In this document: piece by piece, positions 1 through 20,836 of the stretch | How the letters are laid out: each line of letters opens with the position of its first letter | How positions within the stretch are numbered: the stretch's first letter is position 1 | From: Chloroflexota bacterium | Lineage (GTDB): Bacteria; Chloroflexota; Limnocylindria; Limnocylindrales; CSP1-4 | Direction: 5' to 3' | Length of the DNA stretch: 64,000 nt | Assembly (NCBI GenBank): GCA_040752335.1 | Contig: JBFMEV010000011.1 | Coordinates: 7,465-71,464 of the forward strand | Made by a program: the position numbers and the translations under genes | Notes under the pieces: model-generated | The model's database searches: none | The model's input: the letters and a program-made list of their open reading frames with translations, nothing else | Told to the model about the DNA's origin: nothing

Positions 1-2969
<2,969 letters not shown>

Positions 2970-3072
2970 ACCGAACGTCCTTCACGCGGCGGCGGGTCCC
3001 GGCCGGCCCGCCATCGCTCGCCACACGCCCGGATCGCGCCGCTGAAGCCAGGCGGCGGCGCGGAGGAGAACG

Positions 3073-7653
<4,581 letters not shown>

Positions 7654-7659
7654 CCGGAT

Positions 7660-7700
7660 GCCGGGCCCCGTTCGCCCGGCGCCCGGTCGCGACCCGCTCG
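7660..7700 (+). terminator. Candidate rpoC terminator/attenuator: hairpin GCCGGGC-N7-GCCCGGC followed by palindrome GGTCGCGACC and GCGTTT
   Basis: Inverted repeats read directly from the sequence, 7 nt after the rpoC stop. Confidence 0.3.
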
Positions 7701-7703
7701 CGT

Positions 7704-7733
7704 TTGACATGCGATCGGGCCGATTGCTACACT
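7704..7733 (+). promoter_or_regulatory. Candidate strong promoter of the str/S10/spc super-operon: TTGACA-N18-TACACT upstream of rpsL
   Basis: A perfect -35 hexamer at 7704-7709 and -10 TACACT at 7728-7733. It is followed by a ~190-nt GC-rich structured leader before the rpsL GTG at 7931. Confidence 0.45.
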
Positions 7734-7930
7734 CCGCGATCGTGGCTCCGGATGGAGGAGCCCCGTCAGACACGCCGTCGACGGGCCCGCCGGAACCCCC
7801 GAAGGATGGATGGAAAGGGTCCTCAGCGAGGGTCCCGGACCCCGCAAAGACGGACCCTGCGGTCGTCCGACCGCCCGCCCCGGCGTCACCGCGCCGACCG
7901 ACCGACGAAACCGAAAGGAGCAGCGTCTTC

Positions 7931-8362
7931 GTGCCGACGATCAGCCAGCTCGTGCGCCACGGCCGGCGTGCCAAGATCCAGAAGATCAAGGCCCCGGCGA
8001 TGCGCAAGAACTGGAACAGCCTGCGCCAGCGCCAGGTGCCGATTCCCGGCGCCCCGCAGCGTCGCGGCGTGTGCCTGCAGGTCCGGACGATGACGCCCAA
8101 GAAGCCGAACTCGGCCCTCCGCAAGATCGCCCGCGTCCGGCTCACCAACCAGATGGAGGTCACGGCCTACATCCCCGGGATCGGCCACAACCTCCAGGAG
8201 CACTCGGTCGTGCTCGTTCGCGGCGGTCGGGTCCGCGACCTGCCGTCGGTCAAGTACCACATCATCCGTGGCGCCCTCGACGCGGCCGGCGTCCGCGACC
8301 GGAAGCAGGGCCGCAGCAAGTACGGCGCCAAGGCGACCCCGGGCGTCGGAGGCGCGCGCTGA
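7931..8362 (+). CDS. rpsL: 30S ribosomal protein S12
   Basis: GTG start at 7931. Translation [35 protein letters not shown]...[10 protein letters not shown]...[29 protein letters not shown] is canonical S12. Confidence 0.9.
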   Translation: MPTISQLVRHGRRAKIQKIKAPAMRKNWNSLRQRQVPIPGAPQRRGVCLQVRTMTPKKPNSALRKIARVRLTNQMEVTAYIPGIGHNLQEHSVVLVRGGRVRDLPSVKYHIIRGALDAAGVRDRKQGRSKYGAKATPGVGGAR

Positions 8363-8829
8363 TGCCGCGCCGGACGAGCACCCCTCGCAAGGCCAAGTAC
8401 GAGCAGGTCCCGGCCAACCGGACCACGGCCCGCTTCCACGCCAAGCTCATGAAGGAGGGCAAGCGCAACCTGGCCGAGCGGATCCTCCGCCAGGCCCTGG
8501 CCCGGGCCGAGTTCCAGGCCAAGCGGCCGGGCCTCGAGGTCCTCGAGGCGGCCCTCCGCAACGCCACCCCGATCATCGAGGTCAAGCCCCGTCGCGTCGG
8601 CGGCGCGACCTACCAGGTGCCGGTCGAGATCCGCGGCGATCGGCGCCTCTCGCTCGGCGTTCGGTGGCTCGTCCAGTCGGCCCGCAAGCGCAGCGGCAAG
8701 AGCATGAGCGAGAAGCTCGCGGCCGAGTTCGTCGACGCGATGAACGGCCTCGGCGCCGCGGTCAAGCGGCGCGAGGACACGCACAAGATGGCCGAGGCCA
8801 ACAAGGCCTTCAGCCATTTCAAGTGGTAA
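8362..8829 (+). CDS. rpsG: 30S ribosomal protein S7
   Basis: ATG at 8362 overlaps the rpsL stop (TGATG). Translation [41 protein letters not shown]... is S7, 156 aa. Confidence 0.9.
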   Translation: MPRRTSTPRKAKYEQVPANRTTARFHAKLMKEGKRNLAERILRQALARAEFQAKRPGLEVLEAALRNATPIIEVKPRRVGGATYQVPVEIRGDRRLSLGVRWLVQSARKRSGKSMSEKLAAEFVDAMNGLGAAVKRREDTHKMAEANKAFSHFKW

Positions 8830-8848
8830 CCCGGGAAAGGTACGGACC

Positions 8849-10927
8849 GTGACACGCCAGGTTCCGCTCGCCCGCACGCGGAACATCGGAATCATCGCCC
8901 ATATCGACGCCGGGAAGACCACCGTGACCGAGCGGATCCTTTTCTACACCAAGAAGATCTACAAGCTCGGCGAGGTCCATGAGGGCGCGGCCACGATGGA
9001 CTGGATGCCTCAGGAGCAGGAGCGCGGCATCACGATCACCGCCGCGGCGACGACCTGCTACTGGAACGATCACCGCATCAACATCATCGATACGCCCGGG
9101 CACGTGGACTTCACGGTCGAGGTCGAGCGGAGCCTCCGCGTCCTCGACGGCGCGGTCGTCGTGTTCGACGGCGTGGCCGGCGTCGAGCCCCAGTCCGAAA
9201 CCGTCTGGCGCCAGGCCGACCGCTACTCGGTGCCGCGGATCTGCTTCATCAACAAGCTCGACCGGACCGGGGCCGATTTCTGGCGCTGCGTCGACATGAT
9301 CGTCGACCGCCTCGGGGCGCGACCGGTGCCGGTCCAGATCCCGATCGGCTCAGAGGACACCTTCGAGGGCGTCATCGACCTGGTCGCGATGAAGGCGATC
9401 CTGTACCGCGACGACCTCGGCAGCCAGATCGATGTCGTCGACATTCCCGAGGCCCTCCGGCCCGAGGCGGCGAAGCACCGCGAGGCCATGATCGAGGCCG
9501 TCGCCGAGGCCGACGATGCGCTGACCCACAAGTACCTCGAGGGCGAGGAGCTGACGACCGACGAGATCCGCCACGGCCTCCGCCTGGGCACCCTCCAGTC
9601 GAAGTTCGTGCCGGTCCTGACCGGCTCGGCCCTCAAGAACAAGGGCATCCAGCCGATGCTCGACGCGGTGGTCGACTACCTGCCCTCGCCGCTCGACGTG
9701 CCGCCGACGATCGGGATCCGGCCGGGCACGGACCAGGAGCTGGTCCGGACCGTCGACGACAAGGAGCCCTTCGCGGCCCTGGCCTTCAAGATCGCCGCCG
9801 ACCCGTTCGTCGGCAAGCTCGCCTTCTTCCGCGTCTACTCGGGCACCCTCAAGGCCGGCTCGTACGTGCTCAACACGGCCAAGGGCAAGAAGGAGCGGGT
9901 GGGGCGGATCCTCCAGATGCACGCCAACCACCGCGAGGAGATCGACGAGGCCTACGCCGGCGATATCGCCGCGATCGTCGGCCTGAAGGACACCTTCACC
10001 GGCGACACCCTGGCCGATCCCGACCATCCGATCCTGCTCGAGACGATCTCCTTCCCGGAGCCGGTCATCGAGGTCAAGATCGAGCCCAAGACCAAGGCCG
10101 ACCAGGACAAGATGGGCATCGCCCTCCAGCGCCTGGCCGAGGAGGACCCCACCTTCCGGGTCAAGACCGACGCCGAGAGCGGCGAGACCCTCATCGCCGG
10201 GATGGGCGAGCTCCACCTCGACGTCCTCGTCGACCGGATGGTCCGGGAGTTCAGGGTCGCCGCGAACGTCGGCCGGCCCCAGGTCTCCTACCGCGAGACG
10301 ATCCGGCGCAAGGCCGAGGGCAACGGCCGCTTCGTTCGCCAGACCGGCGGCAAGGGCCAGTACGGTCACGTCGTCCTGACCCTCGAGCCGAACGACACCG
10401 GGGCGGGCTTCGAGTTCGTCGACAAGATCGTCGGCGGGACGATCCCGCGGGAGTACATGCGGGCCGTGGAGCACGGCATTCGGGAGACCCTCGAGACCGG
10501 CGTCTACGCCGGCTACCCCATGGTCGACGTCCGGGCGATCGTCCACGACGGCTCGTACCACGAGGTCGACTCGTCCGAGATGGCCTTCAAGATCGCCGCC
10601 TCGATGGCCGTCAAGGACGGCGTCGAGAAGGCCAGTCCCACGATCCTCGAGCCGATGATGCGGGTCGAGGTGACGCTGCCCGAGCAGTTCATGGGTGACG
10701 TCATCGGAGACCTGAACAGCCGGCGCGGGCTGGTCGAGGCGACCGAGGTCCGGGGCACGACGGTCGTCGTCCGGGCCGCCGTGCCGCTGGCCGAGATGTT
10801 CGGCTACGCCACGGACCTGCGGTCGATGACCCAGGGCCGGGCCAGCTACTCGATGGAGCTTTCCCACTATGCCGAGGTTCCTGGCGGTCTTGCCCAGGAG
10901 CTCGTCGCCAAGTCACGCGTTTCCTGA
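8849..10927 (+). CDS. fusA: Elongation factor G
   Basis: 692 aa. The GTPase G1 motif [14 protein letters not shown] and DTPGHVDF are present. Standard str-operon position. Confidence 0.95.
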   Translation: MTRQVPLARTRNIGIIAHIDAGKTTVTERILFYTKKIYKLGEVHEGAATMDWMPQEQERGITITAAATTCYWNDHRINIIDTPGHVDFTVEVERSLRVLDGAVVVFDGVAGVEPQSETVWRQADRYSVPRICFINKLDRTGADFWRCVDMIVDRLGARPVPVQIPIGSEDTFEGVIDLVAMKAILYRDDLGSQIDVVDIPEALRPEAAKHREAMIEAVAEADDALTHKYLEGEELTTDEIRHGLRLGTLQSKFVPVLTGSALKNKGIQPMLDAVVDYLPSPLDVPPTIGIRPGTDQELVRTVDDKEPFAALAFKIAADPFVGKLAFFRVYSGTLKAGSYVLNTAKGKKERVGRILQMHANHREEIDEAYAGDIAAIVGLKDTFTGDTLADPDHPILLETISFPEPVIEVKIEPKTKADQDKMGIALQRLAEEDPTFRVKTDAESGETLIAGMGELHLDVLVDRMVREFRVAANVGRPQVSYRETIRRKAEGNGRFVRQTGGKGQYGHVVLTLEPNDTGAGFEFVDKIVGGTIPREYMRAVEHGIRETLETGVYAGYPMVDVRAIVHDGSYHEVDSSEMAFKIAASMAVKDGVEKASPTILEPMMRVEVTLPEQFMGDVIGDLNSRRGLVEATEVRGTTVVVRAAVPLAEMFGYATDLRSMTQGRASYSMELSHYAEVPGGLAQELVAKSRVS

Positions 10928-10958
10928 CCCGGTCGGTCGGCACGAGGAGCAGCCAACG

Positions 10959-12155
<1,197 letters not shown>

Positions 12156-12158
12156 CCG

Positions 12159-12467
12159 ATGGCCAAGCAGCGAATCCGGATCCGCCTCAAGGCGTACGAC
12201 CACCGACTGCTCGATCAGTCGGCGGCCCAGATCGTCGAGACGGCCCAGCGCACCGGTGCCGACATCATCGGCCCGGTGCCGCTGCCGACGCGGATCGAGA
12301 AGTTCACCGTCATCCGCTCGCCCTTCATCGACAAGGACAGCCGGGAGCAGTTCGAGATCCGCACCCACAAGCGGCTCGTCGACATCCTGGATCCGTCGTC
12401 AAAGACGGTCGACGCCCTGATGCGGCTCTCGCTCCCCGCGGGCGTCGACATCGAAATCAAGATGTAG
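12159..12467 (+). CDS. rpsJ: 30S ribosomal protein S10
   Basis: 102 aa, [21 protein letters not shown]... Starts 3 nt after the tuf stop. Confidence 0.9.
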   Translation: MAKQRIRIRLKAYDHRLLDQSAAQIVETAQRTGADIIGPVPLPTRIEKFTVIRSPFIDKDSREQFEIRTHKRLVDILDPSSKTVDALMRLSLPAGVDIEIKM

Positions 12468-12477
12468 GGCGGCGGAG

Positions 12478-13089
12478 ATGTCGATTGGACTCATCGGCCG
12501 CAAGGTCGGGATGACGCAGGTCTTCAGGGACGACGGCACGATGGTCGCGGTGTCGGTGCTGGAGGTCGCCCCCAACACCGTGACCCGCCTCCGGACGACC
12601 GAGCGTGACGGCTACACCGCCGTCCAGCTCGGCACGGACGAGAAGCGACGGCTCTCCAAGCCCAGGGCCGGCCAGCTCAAGGGCTTGCCCTCGCTGGCGA
12701 CCCTGCGCGAGTTCCGGCTCGACGACCTCGGCGGCTACGAGGTCGGCCAGGCGATTGCCGTCGCCGACGTGTTCGCCCCGGGCGACCTCGTTGACGTCAC
12801 CGGCGTCTCGAAGGGCAAGGGCTTCGCCGGCCACGTCAAGCGCCACCACTTCGGCCGCGGTCCCAAGACCCATGGCTCCGACCACCATCGCGAGCCCGGC
12901 TCGATCGGTCCGGGCACGACCCCCGGCCGCGTCTACAAGGGCGTCCGGATGGCCGGCCACATGGGCGACGAGCAGGTCACGACCAGGAAGGTCAAGGTCG
13001 TCGGCGCCGACGCCGAGAAGAACCTGCTGCTGCTCCAGGGCAGCCTGCCCGGCGCCCGCGGCAGCCTGATCCTCGTGAAGAAGGCCTGA
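12478..13089 (+). CDS. rplC: 50S ribosomal protein L3
   Basis: 203 aa, [29 protein letters not shown]... is canonical L3. Confidence 0.9.
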   Translation: MSIGLIGRKVGMTQVFRDDGTMVAVSVLEVAPNTVTRLRTTERDGYTAVQLGTDEKRRLSKPRAGQLKGLPSLATLREFRLDDLGGYEVGQAIAVADVFAPGDLVDVTGVSKGKGFAGHVKRHHFGRGPKTHGSDHHREPGSIGPGTTPGRVYKGVRMAGHMGDEQVTTRKVKVVGADAEKNLLLLQGSLPGARGSLILVKKA

Positions 13090-13092
13090 CCG

Positions 13093-13716
13093 ATGCCCCA
13101 GACGACGCTCTACGACAAGACCGGCACGTCGGTCGGCAACGTTGAGCTCAGCGATGAGCTCTTCGCCGCCCCGGTGAACGTCGCGGTCCTCCACCAGGTC
13201 GTGACCGCCCAGCTCGCCGGCCGGCGAGCTGGGACCCACGACACGAGGACCCGGGGCGAGGTCCGCGGCGGGGGCCGGAAGCCGTATCGCCAGAAGGGCA
13301 CCGGCCGGGCCCGCCAGGGCTCCAGGTCCGCGCCTCACTACCGCGGCGGCGGGGCCGTCTTCGGACCGCACCCGCGCTCCTACGAGCAGCGCCTGCCGAA
13401 GAAGATGCGCCGCCTTGCCCTGCGCGGCGCGCTGACGGCCAAGCTCGGCGACGAGGCGATCCGAATCGTCGACGCCTTCGCCCTGGAGCGGATCAAGACC
13501 CGCGACTTCGCGGGCATCCTGGCCGCCCTCAACGCGACCGGTCGGGTCCTCGTCGTCGCGCCCGCCGGCGACGAGCAGCTCCGGCTGTCGGCCCGCAACC
13601 TGCCGACGGTCGAGGTGATCCTGGCCGACTCGCTGAACGTCGTCGACCTCATCAAGGCCGACACCGTCGTCATCGAGCAGCCGGCCCTGGCCCGGATGGA
13701 GGAGGTCTACCGATGA
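13093..13716 (+). CDS. rplD: 50S ribosomal protein L4
   Basis: 207 aa. S10-operon order. GGGRKPYRQKGTGRARQGS motif. Confidence 0.9.
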   Translation: MPQTTLYDKTGTSVGNVELSDELFAAPVNVAVLHQVVTAQLAGRRAGTHDTRTRGEVRGGGRKPYRQKGTGRARQGSRSAPHYRGGGAVFGPHPRSYEQRLPKKMRRLALRGALTAKLGDEAIRIVDAFALERIKTRDFAGILAALNATGRVLVVAPAGDEQLRLSARNLPTVEVILADSLNVVDLIKADTVVIEQPALARMEEVYR

Positions 13717-14027
13717 GCGCCCTGACCGCTCCGGAGATCGTCCTTCGCCCGGTGATCAGCGAGAAGTCGATCGACGAGTCGAGCCGCGGCAAGTACACCT
13801 TCGCCGTCCATCCGGACGCCAACAAGATCCAGATCAAGGCGGCGATCGAGGAGCTGTACAAGACCGACAAGGTCACCGTCGTGGCCGTCAACGTCCTGAC
13901 CCGACAGCCCCGGAAGAAGGTCACCGGGACCCGCCGCGGGCGGATCACCGGGCGCATCTCCGGCTGGCGCAAGGCCGTCATCACCCTGGCCCCCGGCCAG
14001 AAGATCCAGTTCTTCGAGGGGGTCTAG
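13713..14027 (+). CDS. rplW: 50S ribosomal protein L23
   Basis: 104 aa. ATGA overlap with rplD. ...VISEKSIDES..KYTFAVHPDANKIQIKAAIEELY. Confidence 0.9.
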   Translation: MSALTAPEIVLRPVISEKSIDESSRGKYTFAVHPDANKIQIKAAIEELYKTDKVTVVAVNVLTRQPRKKVTGTRRGRITGRISGWRKAVITLAPGQKIQFFEGV

Positions 14028-14030
14028 GCG

Positions 14031-14858
<828 letters not shown>

Positions 14859-14876
14859 CGGGGAGGCAGGCACGAG

Positions 14877-15161
14877 ATGTCCCGTTCCATCAAGAAGGGC
14901 CCGTTCGTGGAGGCCCGCCTCCTCGGCCGGATCGAGGAGATGAACAAGCGCAACGAGAAGAAGGTCGTCAAGACCTGGTCGCGCGCGTCGGTCATCTTCC
15001 CGACGTTCATCGGCCACACCGTCGCCGTCTACAACGGCCGCAAGCATGTCCCGGTCTACGTGACCGAGAACATGGTCGGCCACCGACTCGGTGAGTTCGC
15101 CCCGACCCGCACCTACCGCGGCCACGGCAAGCACACCGACCGGTCCGTGAGTCCGAAGTAG
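14877..15161 (+). CDS. rpsS: 30S ribosomal protein S19
   Basis: 94 aa, [16 protein letters not shown]...[47 protein letters not shown]. Confidence 0.92.
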   Translation: MSRSIKKGPFVEARLLGRIEEMNKRNEKKVVKTWSRASVIFPTFIGHTVAVYNGRKHVPVYVTENMVGHRLGEFAPTRTYRGHGKHTDRSVSPK

Positions 15162-15172
15162 GAGCCGTCGAC

Positions 15173-15511
15173 GTGCGTGTCTCCGCTACCGCCAAGTACC
15201 TCCGCGGCTCCACCCGGAAGGCCCGCCTGGTCGTCCAGGCCATCAGGGGCCGGTCCGTGGAGGAGGCCGCCGCCGTGCTCCGGTTCATGCCCCAGCACGC
15301 CGCCAGGGACGTCGCCAAGGTGCTGAAGAGCGCCGCGGCCAACGCCGAGAACAACCTGAACATGCCGGCCGACGAGCTGGTCGTCCTCGATGCCCGGGCG
15401 GACGAGGGACCGACGATCAAGCGCTGGCGGCCACGGGCCCAGGGCCGGGCGTTCCCGATCCACAAGGCCCAGACCCACATTACCGTGACCGTCGGCAACC
15501 GGGAGGACTGA
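15173..15511 (+). CDS. rplV: 50S ribosomal protein L22
   Basis: 112 aa, ...[32 protein letters not shown]. Confidence 0.9.
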   Translation: MRVSATAKYLRGSTRKARLVVQAIRGRSVEEAAAVLRFMPQHAARDVAKVLKSAAANAENNLNMPADELVVLDARADEGPTIKRWRPRAQGRAFPIHKAQTHITVTVGNRED

Positions 15512-15513
15512 CT

Positions 15514-16185
15514 ATGGGACACAAGGTCCACCCGTACGGCTTCCGCCTCGGGGTGACGCGCACCTGGACCGCCAAGTGGTACCAGGACAAGGAATACACG
15601 ACCCTCCTCAAGGAGGACATCGCGATCCGGGAGCTCGTCAACCGGCGGCTCGCCAACGCCAGCGTCAGCGGCCTGGAGATCGAGCGCAACTTCGGTCAGG
15701 TCACCGTGACCGTCCACACCGCCAAGCCCGGCATCGTCATCGGCAAAGGCGGCCAGAACGTCGAGATCCTGCGCCAGCAGATCGGCGCCCTCACCAAGCG
15801 TAAGGTCAAGCTCGAGATCAAGGAGATCCGCCAGCCGGAGCTCGACGCCTATCTCGTCGCCGTCAACATCAGCCAGCAGCTGACCCGCCGGATCGCCTTC
15901 AAGAAGGCCATGAAGCAGGCCATCCAGCGGTCGATGAAGGCCGGCGCCAAGGGCGTCAAGATCATGGTCGCGGGCCGCCTCGGTGGCGCCGAGATGGGCC
16001 GCCGCGAGTGGGACAAGGAAGGCCGCATTCCGCTCGGCACGCTCCGCGCCGACATCAGCTACGGCCAGGTCCACGCCCACACCACCTACGGCCGGATCGG
16101 GGTCAAGGTCTGGATCTACCGGGGTGACTTCGCGCCCGAGCGGCCCGTGGCGCCGCCCCAGGTCGCTCTCGGGCAGGGGGTCTGA
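15514..16185 (+). CDS. rpsC: 30S ribosomal protein S3
   Basis: 223 aa, [23 protein letters not shown]... with a KH domain. Confidence 0.92.
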   Translation: MGHKVHPYGFRLGVTRTWTAKWYQDKEYTTLLKEDIAIRELVNRRLANASVSGLEIERNFGQVTVTVHTAKPGIVIGKGGQNVEILRQQIGALTKRKVKLEIKEIRQPELDAYLVAVNISQQLTRRIAFKKAMKQAIQRSMKAGAKGVKIMVAGRLGGAEMGRREWDKEGRIPLGTLRADISYGQVHAHTTYGRIGVKVWIYRGDFAPERPVAPPQVALGQGV

Positions 16186-16188
16186 CCG

Positions 16189-16632
16189 ATGCTCCTGCCG
16201 CGACGCGTCAAGCACCGCAAGGTGATGCGAGGCCGGATGTCCGGCGTCGCCAAGGGCGGCCACTTCGTGGCCTTCGGCGAGTACGGCCTGGCGACGACCG
16301 AGCCGGCCTGGATCACCAGCCGCCAGATCGAGGCCGCCCGGCGGGCGATGACCCGCTCGGTCAAGCGCGGCGGCAAGATCTGGATCCGCGTCTTTCCTGA
16401 CAAGCCCGTCACCAAGAAGCCGGCCGAAACCCGGATGGGATCCGGCAAGGGCGCACCCGACCACTGGGTCGCGGTCGTCAAGCCCGGCCGCATCCTGTTC
16501 GAGATGGCCGGCGTCGGACGCGACGAGGCGACCGAGGCGATGCGCCTGGCCAGTCACAAGCTGCCCGTGGCGACGCGCGTCGTCGTCCGCGAGTCTGCCC
16601 TGATGGAGGGCCCCGACGATGGACATCGGTAA
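16189..16632 (+). CDS. rplP: 50S ribosomal protein L16
   Basis: 147 aa, [24 protein letters not shown].... Confidence 0.92.
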   Translation: MLLPRRVKHRKVMRGRMSGVAKGGHFVAFGEYGLATTEPAWITSRQIEAARRAMTRSVKRGGKIWIRVFPDKPVTKKPAETRMGSGKGAPDHWVAVVKPGRILFEMAGVGRDEATEAMRLASHKLPVATRVVVRESALMEGPDDGHR

Positions 16633-16840
16633 AATCCGGGAGCTCTCCGACGCCGAGCTCGAGTCGGCCCTGCGCGACGCCAAGCAGGACCTCTGGAGCG
16701 CCCGGTTCGCGCTGTCCACCCGGCAGCTCAATGACACGAGCACGATTCCGCAGACCCGCCGACGGATCGCCCGGATCCTCACGGTCCAGCGCGAGCGGCT
16801 CACCGCGCGGACGGCTCCGGCCGGCCGAAAGTCGGCGTGA
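16619..16840 (+). CDS. rpmC: 50S ribosomal protein L29
   Basis: 73 aa, ...[32 protein letters not shown]. Overlaps the rplP end. Confidence 0.85.
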   Translation: MDIGKIRELSDAELESALRDAKQDLWSARFALSTRQLNDTSTIPQTRRRIARILTVQRERLTARTAPAGRKSA

Positions 16841-16851
16841 GGGATCGATCC

Positions 16852-17268
16852 ATGACTGAAGCCAGGGGCCCCGGCCGGGGCCAGCGCAAGACCAAGACCG
16901 GTCGGGTCGTGAGCGACAAGATGGACAAGACGATCGTCGTGTCCGTTGAGCGCCTGGCCCGCCACCGCCTGTACAAGCGCGTCATCCGCCTGACGACGAA
17001 GTTCAAGGCCCATGACGAGCTCAACGACGCCCATCTCGGCGACACCGTCCTGATCGAGGAGTCACGGCCGCTCTCGGCAACGAAGCGCTGGCGCCTGGTC
17101 CAGGTCCTGGCCCGGGCCGGGGGGCACGGCTCGCCGGCCGACGTCGTCGCCGAGGAGGCCGAGGTGTCCGAGGCGATCCACGCCGCGGCGCACCCGGGCC
17201 GGGCGCGCCATGAGGCCACGGACGAGGCGGCGGCGCCCGAGGCTGAGCCGGAAGGGGAGGACGCGTGA
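16852..17268 (+). CDS. rpsQ: 30S ribosomal protein S17 with a ~50-aa acidic A/E/P-rich C-terminal extension
   Basis: ATG 16852 is preceded by GAGGGA. Translation [56 protein letters not shown]... The track ORF begins at GTG 16837, which overlaps the rpmC stop. Confidence 0.85.
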   Translation: MTEARGPGRGQRKTKTGRVVSDKMDKTIVVSVERLARHRLYKRVIRLTTKFKAHDELNDAHLGDTVLIEESRPLSATKRWRLVQVLARAGGHGSPADVVAEEAEVSEAIHAAAHPGRARHEATDEAAAPEAEPEGEDA

Positions 17269-17633
17269 TCCAGCCCCAGTCCCGCCTCAAGGTCGCCGAC
17301 AACACCGGTGCCCGGACGATCCAGTGCATCCGGGTCATGGGCCGCTCGCTCAAGACGACCGCCGGCGTGGGTGACGTCATCATCGCCAGCGTCAAACAGG
17401 CCATTCCCAACGCCGCCGTCAAGAAGGGCGACGTCGTCCGGGCCGTCATCGTCCGGACCGCCAAGGAATACGGCCGGCCGGACGGCAGCTACATCCGCTT
17501 CGACGAGAACGCCGCCGTCCTCATCAACAACCAGGGCAATCCCCGCGGAACCCGGATCTTCGGTCCGGTAGCCCGCGAGCTGCGAGACCGGAACTACATG
17601 AAGATCGTGTCGCTCGCCCCGGAGGTGCTGTGA
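17265..17633 (+). CDS. rplN: 50S ribosomal protein L14
   Basis: 122 aa, [24 protein letters not shown]... ATGA/GTGA overlap with rpsQ. Confidence 0.92.
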   Translation: MIQPQSRLKVADNTGARTIQCIRVMGRSLKTTAGVGDVIIASVKQAIPNAAVKKGDVVRAVIVRTAKEYGRPDGSYIRFDENAAVLINNQGNPRGTRIFGPVARELRDRNYMKIVSLAPEVL

Positions 17634-18076
17634 TGGCAGCGCGGGTCCACGAGCACGGCCACCCCACCCGCGTCCCGGAGATCCGCAAGGGCGACACCGT
17701 CGTCGTCATCGCGGGCAAGGATTCGGGCAAGCGCGGCGTCGTGGAGCGGGTCATCCGCCGGACGGCCAGCCGTGGCGCGCTCCGCGTGCCGTACCGGCGC
17801 GGAACGCCCACGAGCGGGACCGCGGTCGTCGTCGGCGGCCTCAACATCGCCAAGCGCCACACCAAGCCGCGCCAGACGAGCGGCCGGACCGACCGGATGC
17901 CGAAGGTCCAGCAGGGCGGGATCCTCGATCTCGCCATGCCCCTCGATGTCTCGAAGGTCATGCTCGTCTGCCCCAAGTGCGACCGGCCCACCCGGATCGG
18001 CCACACGACCCTCGAGGACGGCCACCGGATCCGCGTCTGCGGCCACTGCGGCGGAGCCCTGGAGGTGACGGCATGA
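17630..18076 (+). CDS. rplX: 50S ribosomal protein L24, 148 aa, with an internal insertion and a C-terminal C-x2-C...C-x2-C motif
   Basis: KOW core [19 protein letters not shown]-terminus ...[40 protein letters not shown]. Spc-operon position between L14 and L5. Confidence 0.88.
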   Translation: MMAARVHEHGHPTRVPEIRKGDTVVVIAGKDSGKRGVVERVIRRTASRGALRVPYRRGTPTSGTAVVVGGLNIAKRHTKPRQTSGRTDRMPKVQQGGILDLAMPLDVSKVMLVCPKCDRPTRIGHTTLEDGHRIRVCGHCGGALEVTA

Positions 18077-18618
18077 TCGCGAGCAACCTCCGTCAGCGGT
18101 ACCTCGCAGAGGCCGTGCCGTCGCTCCAGAAGCAGTTCGGCTACGGCAACCCGATGGAGGTGCCGCGGCTCCAGAAGGTCGTCGTCAATGTCGGCCTCGG
18201 CGAGGCCCTGACGAACGCCAAGGCCATCGATGCCGCGGTCAAGGACCTGGCCTCCATCACCGGCCAGAAGCCGATCGTCACCAAGGCCAAGCGCTCGATC
18301 GCCCAGTTCCGCGTCCGGACGGGCAACCCGATCGGGCTCAAGGTCACCCTTCGCGGCCAGCGGATGTGGGACTTCCTGGAGCGCTTCACGCTCCTGGCGC
18401 TGCCCCGGATCCGCGACTTCCGGGGCGTGCCCGGCCGCTCGTTCGACGGGCGCGGCAACTTCTCCATCGGCCTCCGCGAGCAGATCGCGTTCCCGGAGAT
18501 CGACTACGACAAGGTGGACCGTCTCCGGGGGCTGGAAATCAGCATCGTGACGACGGCGAAGACCGACGAGGAGTCCAGGCGTCTGCTGGAGCTCCTCGGC
18601 ATGCCCTTCGCGTCGTAG
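18073..18618 (+). CDS. rplE: 50S ribosomal protein L5
   Basis: ATG 18073 overlaps the rplX stop. [45 protein letters not shown]... 181 aa. Confidence 0.92.
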   Translation: MIASNLRQRYLAEAVPSLQKQFGYGNPMEVPRLQKVVVNVGLGEALTNAKAIDAAVKDLASITGQKPIVTKAKRSIAQFRVRTGNPIGLKVTLRGQRMWDFLERFTLLALPRIRDFRGVPGRSFDGRGNFSIGLREQIAFPEIDYDKVDRLRGLEISIVTTAKTDEESRRLLELLGMPFAS

Positions 18619-18636
18619 GCGCGGGGAGGAGCACCG

Positions 18637-18822
18637 ATGGCCAAGAAGTCGATGATCGCCAAGGCGAAGCGGACCCCCAAGTTCGGCGTCCGCGGCTACC
18701 ACCGCTGCGTTGTCTGCGGGCGGCCGCGGGCGTTCATGCGCCGGTTCGCGCTGTGCCGGATCTGCTTTCGCGAGCGAGCTCTGCAGGGCGAGCTGCCGGG
18801 CGTCACGAAGTCGAGCTGGTAG
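18637..18822 (+). CDS. rpsN: 30S ribosomal protein S14, zinc-binding type Z (61 aa)
   Basis: [61 protein letters not shown]. The CxxC...CxxC motif is the classic S14-Z form. Confidence 0.9.
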   Translation: MAKKSMIAKAKRTPKFGVRGYHRCVVCGRPRAFMRRFALCRICFRERALQGELPGVTKSSW

Positions 18823-18829
18823 GACAACG

Positions 18830-19228
18830 ATGAACATCTCCGATCCGATCGCGGACATGCTGACCCGCGTTCGCAACGCTTCCAGGGCTCGACACCAGGA
18901 GGTGGTCGTGCCGGCGTCGCGGACGAAGCGCGAGATCGCCCGCATCCTCAAGGCCGAGGGCTTCATCGCCGACTGGACCGAGGAGCAGGCCGGTCCCGGC
19001 CGGGCGATCCGCCTGCAGCTGCGCTACGTCGACGGCAAGGTGCCGGTCGTGTCCGGCCTGAAGCGGATCAGCAAGCCCGGCCTCCGTGTCTATGCCCGCA
19101 AGACCGACATCCCGCGGGTCCTGGGCGGGCTGGGCATCGTCATCGTCAGCACGAGCCAGGGGATCATGACCGGCGCGCAGGCCCGCAAGGCCCAGCTCGG
19201 CGGCGAAGTCCTGGCCTTCGTCTGGTAG
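18830..19228 (+). CDS. rpsH: 30S ribosomal protein S8
   Basis: ATG at 18830. [46 protein letters not shown]... 132 aa. Confidence 0.92.
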   Translation: MNISDPIADMLTRVRNASRARHQEVVVPASRTKREIARILKAEGFIADWTEEQAGPGRAIRLQLRYVDGKVPVVSGLKRISKPGLRVYARKTDIPRVLGGLGIVIVSTSQGIMTGAQARKAQLGGEVLAFVW

Positions 19229-19233
19229 CCGCG

Positions 19234-19785
19234 ATGTCCCGAATCGGCCGTCTGCCCATCCCGGTCCCTGCCGGCGTCGACGTCGAGATCGACGGCCGCC
19301 GCGTGACCGTCAAGGGACCCCGCGGCACGCTCAGCCGGGAGCTCCATCCGGACATGCTCCTCAGCCGCGAGGAGGGGACGTTCGTCGTCGCCCGCCCGAG
19401 CGAGGAGAAGGTCCACAAGCAGCTTCACGGGCTGACCCGGACGCTCGTCAACAACATGGTCGTCGGGGTGACGACGGGCTACCGCAAGGGCCTCGAGATC
19501 ACCGGCGTCGGCTACCGGGCTGCGCTCGTCGGGAAGAAGCTGCAGCTCAACCTGGGCTACAGCCACCAGGTCGAGATCGAGCCGCCCGACGGGATCAGCT
19601 TCGAGGTGGAGAATCCCACCCGGCTGGCCGTCGTGGGCATCGACAAGGAGCTCGTCGGGCAGGTGGCGGCCAAGGTCCGCGCCAGCCGGAAGCCGGAGCC
19701 CTACAAGGGCAAGGGCGTCCGCTACGCCGGCGAGGTGGTCCGCCGCAAGGCCGGCAAGGCCGGCAAGATCGGCGGCAAGAAGTAG
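19234..19785 (+). CDS. rplF: 50S ribosomal protein L6
   Basis: 183 aa, [37 protein letters not shown].... Confidence 0.92.
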   Translation: MSRIGRLPIPVPAGVDVEIDGRRVTVKGPRGTLSRELHPDMLLSREEGTFVVARPSEEKVHKQLHGLTRTLVNNMVVGVTTGYRKGLEITGVGYRAALVGKKLQLNLGYSHQVEIEPPDGISFEVENPTRLAVVGIDKELVGQVAAKVRASRKPEPYKGKGVRYAGEVVRRKAGKAGKIGGKK

Positions 19786-19794
19786 TGAACGGTC

Positions 19795-19894
19795 GCGCCG
19801 AGATCGGAAGCCAGGGGAGTGCGGCGCCGAGCGCCGGAAACGAGCGCACCCGAGCGTGCGTGAGTGACGGCGCGAAGGCGCCAACGCCGCGATG
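19795..19894 (+). repeat. Dispersed ~100-nt repeat element, copy C, between rplF and rplR
   Basis: CGAGCGCACCCGAGCGTGCGTGAGTGACGGCGCGAAGGCGCCAACGCCGCGATGG aligns base-for-base with copy B's CGAGCGCACTCCAACGTGCGTGAGCGAACGAGCGGACGCGCCAACGCAGGGATGG. The 5' half is also similar. It explains the atypically long 106-nt rplF-rplR gap. Confidence 0.7.
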
Positions 19895-19927
19895 GCTGAT
19901 CAGCGGGGCGCCCCAGGAGTCAGAGGC

Positions 19928-20290
19928 ATGACCACCGTCGCCAGCCGCGGCGCCGCGCGACGCAAGCGCCACGAACGGATCCGCCTCCGCCTGGAGGGAG
20001 ATCCCGGGCGCCCGCGACTCGCGGTCTTCCGCAGCCTCAACCATATCTACGCCCAGGTCATCGACGATTCGACCGGCGAGACGCTGGCCGCCGCGTCCTC
20101 GCTCGAGAAGGAGCTCCGCTCCGGCTCGGGCCCCAAGACGAAGGAGGCAGCCGAGGTCGGGAAGCTCATCGCGGCCCGGGCCCGGTCGGCAGGCATCGAG
20201 CGTGTCGTCTTCGACCGAGCCGGGTTCCGGTATCACGGGCGCGTCAAATCGCTCGCCGACGCGGCCCGTGAGGCCGGACTCGACTTCTGA
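19928..20290 (+). CDS. rplR: 50S ribosomal protein L18 (an alternative ATG at 19892 would add 12 aa)
   Basis: ATG 19928 has an upstream [51 protein letters not shown]... is canonical L18. The ATG at 19892 lies inside a dispersed repeat element and has no SD. Confidence 0.85.
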   Translation: MTTVASRGAARRKRHERIRLRLEGDPGRPRLAVFRSLNHIYAQVIDDSTGETLAAASSLEKELRSGSGPKTKEAAEVGKLIAARARSAGIERVVFDRAGFRYHGRVKSLADAAREAGLDF

Positions 20291-20299
20291 GGAGCTGCC

Positions 20300-20836
20300 G
20301 TGGCACGAATCGATCCCAACAAGCTCGCGCTCGAGGAGCGCGTCGTCCAGATCAACCGGGTCGCCAAGGTCGTCAAGGGCGGCCGGCGCTTCAGCTTCAG
20401 CGCGGTCGTCGTCGTCGGCGATGGCGCGGGCCACGTCGGTGTCGGCCTGGGCAAGGCCGGCGAGGTGCCCGAGGCGATCCGCAAGGGCGTCGAGGACGCC
20501 AAGAAGCACCTCATCCGCATCCCGACCGTGGGGACGACGATCCCGCACGAGGTCCGCCGGGAGTACGCCGCGAGCAGCGTCCTGCTCCGGCCGGCCTCCC
20601 AGGGCACGGGCGTCATCGCCGGCGGGTCAGTCCGGGCGGTCGTCGAATCGGCCGGGATCCGCGACATCCTGACCAAGGTCCACGGCTCCACCAACCCGGT
20701 CAATGTCACCCGGGCGACCCTCGAGGCGCTCAGGATGCTCCACTCGGCCGAGGAGCTCTCGGCCCGGCGTGGCGTTCCGCTGCGCAGCCGGATTGCCGGC
20801 CAGCCGGCTGCGGGGGAGGCCAGCGGTGCCCGGTAG
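20300..20836 (+). CDS. rpsE: 30S ribosomal protein S5
   Basis: 178 aa, ...[53 protein letters not shown]. Confidence 0.92.
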   Translation: MARIDPNKLALEERVVQINRVAKVVKGGRRFSFSAVVVVGDGAGHVGVGLGKAGEVPEAIRKGVEDAKKHLIRIPTVGTTIPHEVRREYAASSVLLRPASQGTGVIAGGSVRAVVESAGIRDILTKVHGSTNPVNVTRATLEALRMLHSAEELSARRGVPLRSRIAGQPAAGEASGAR

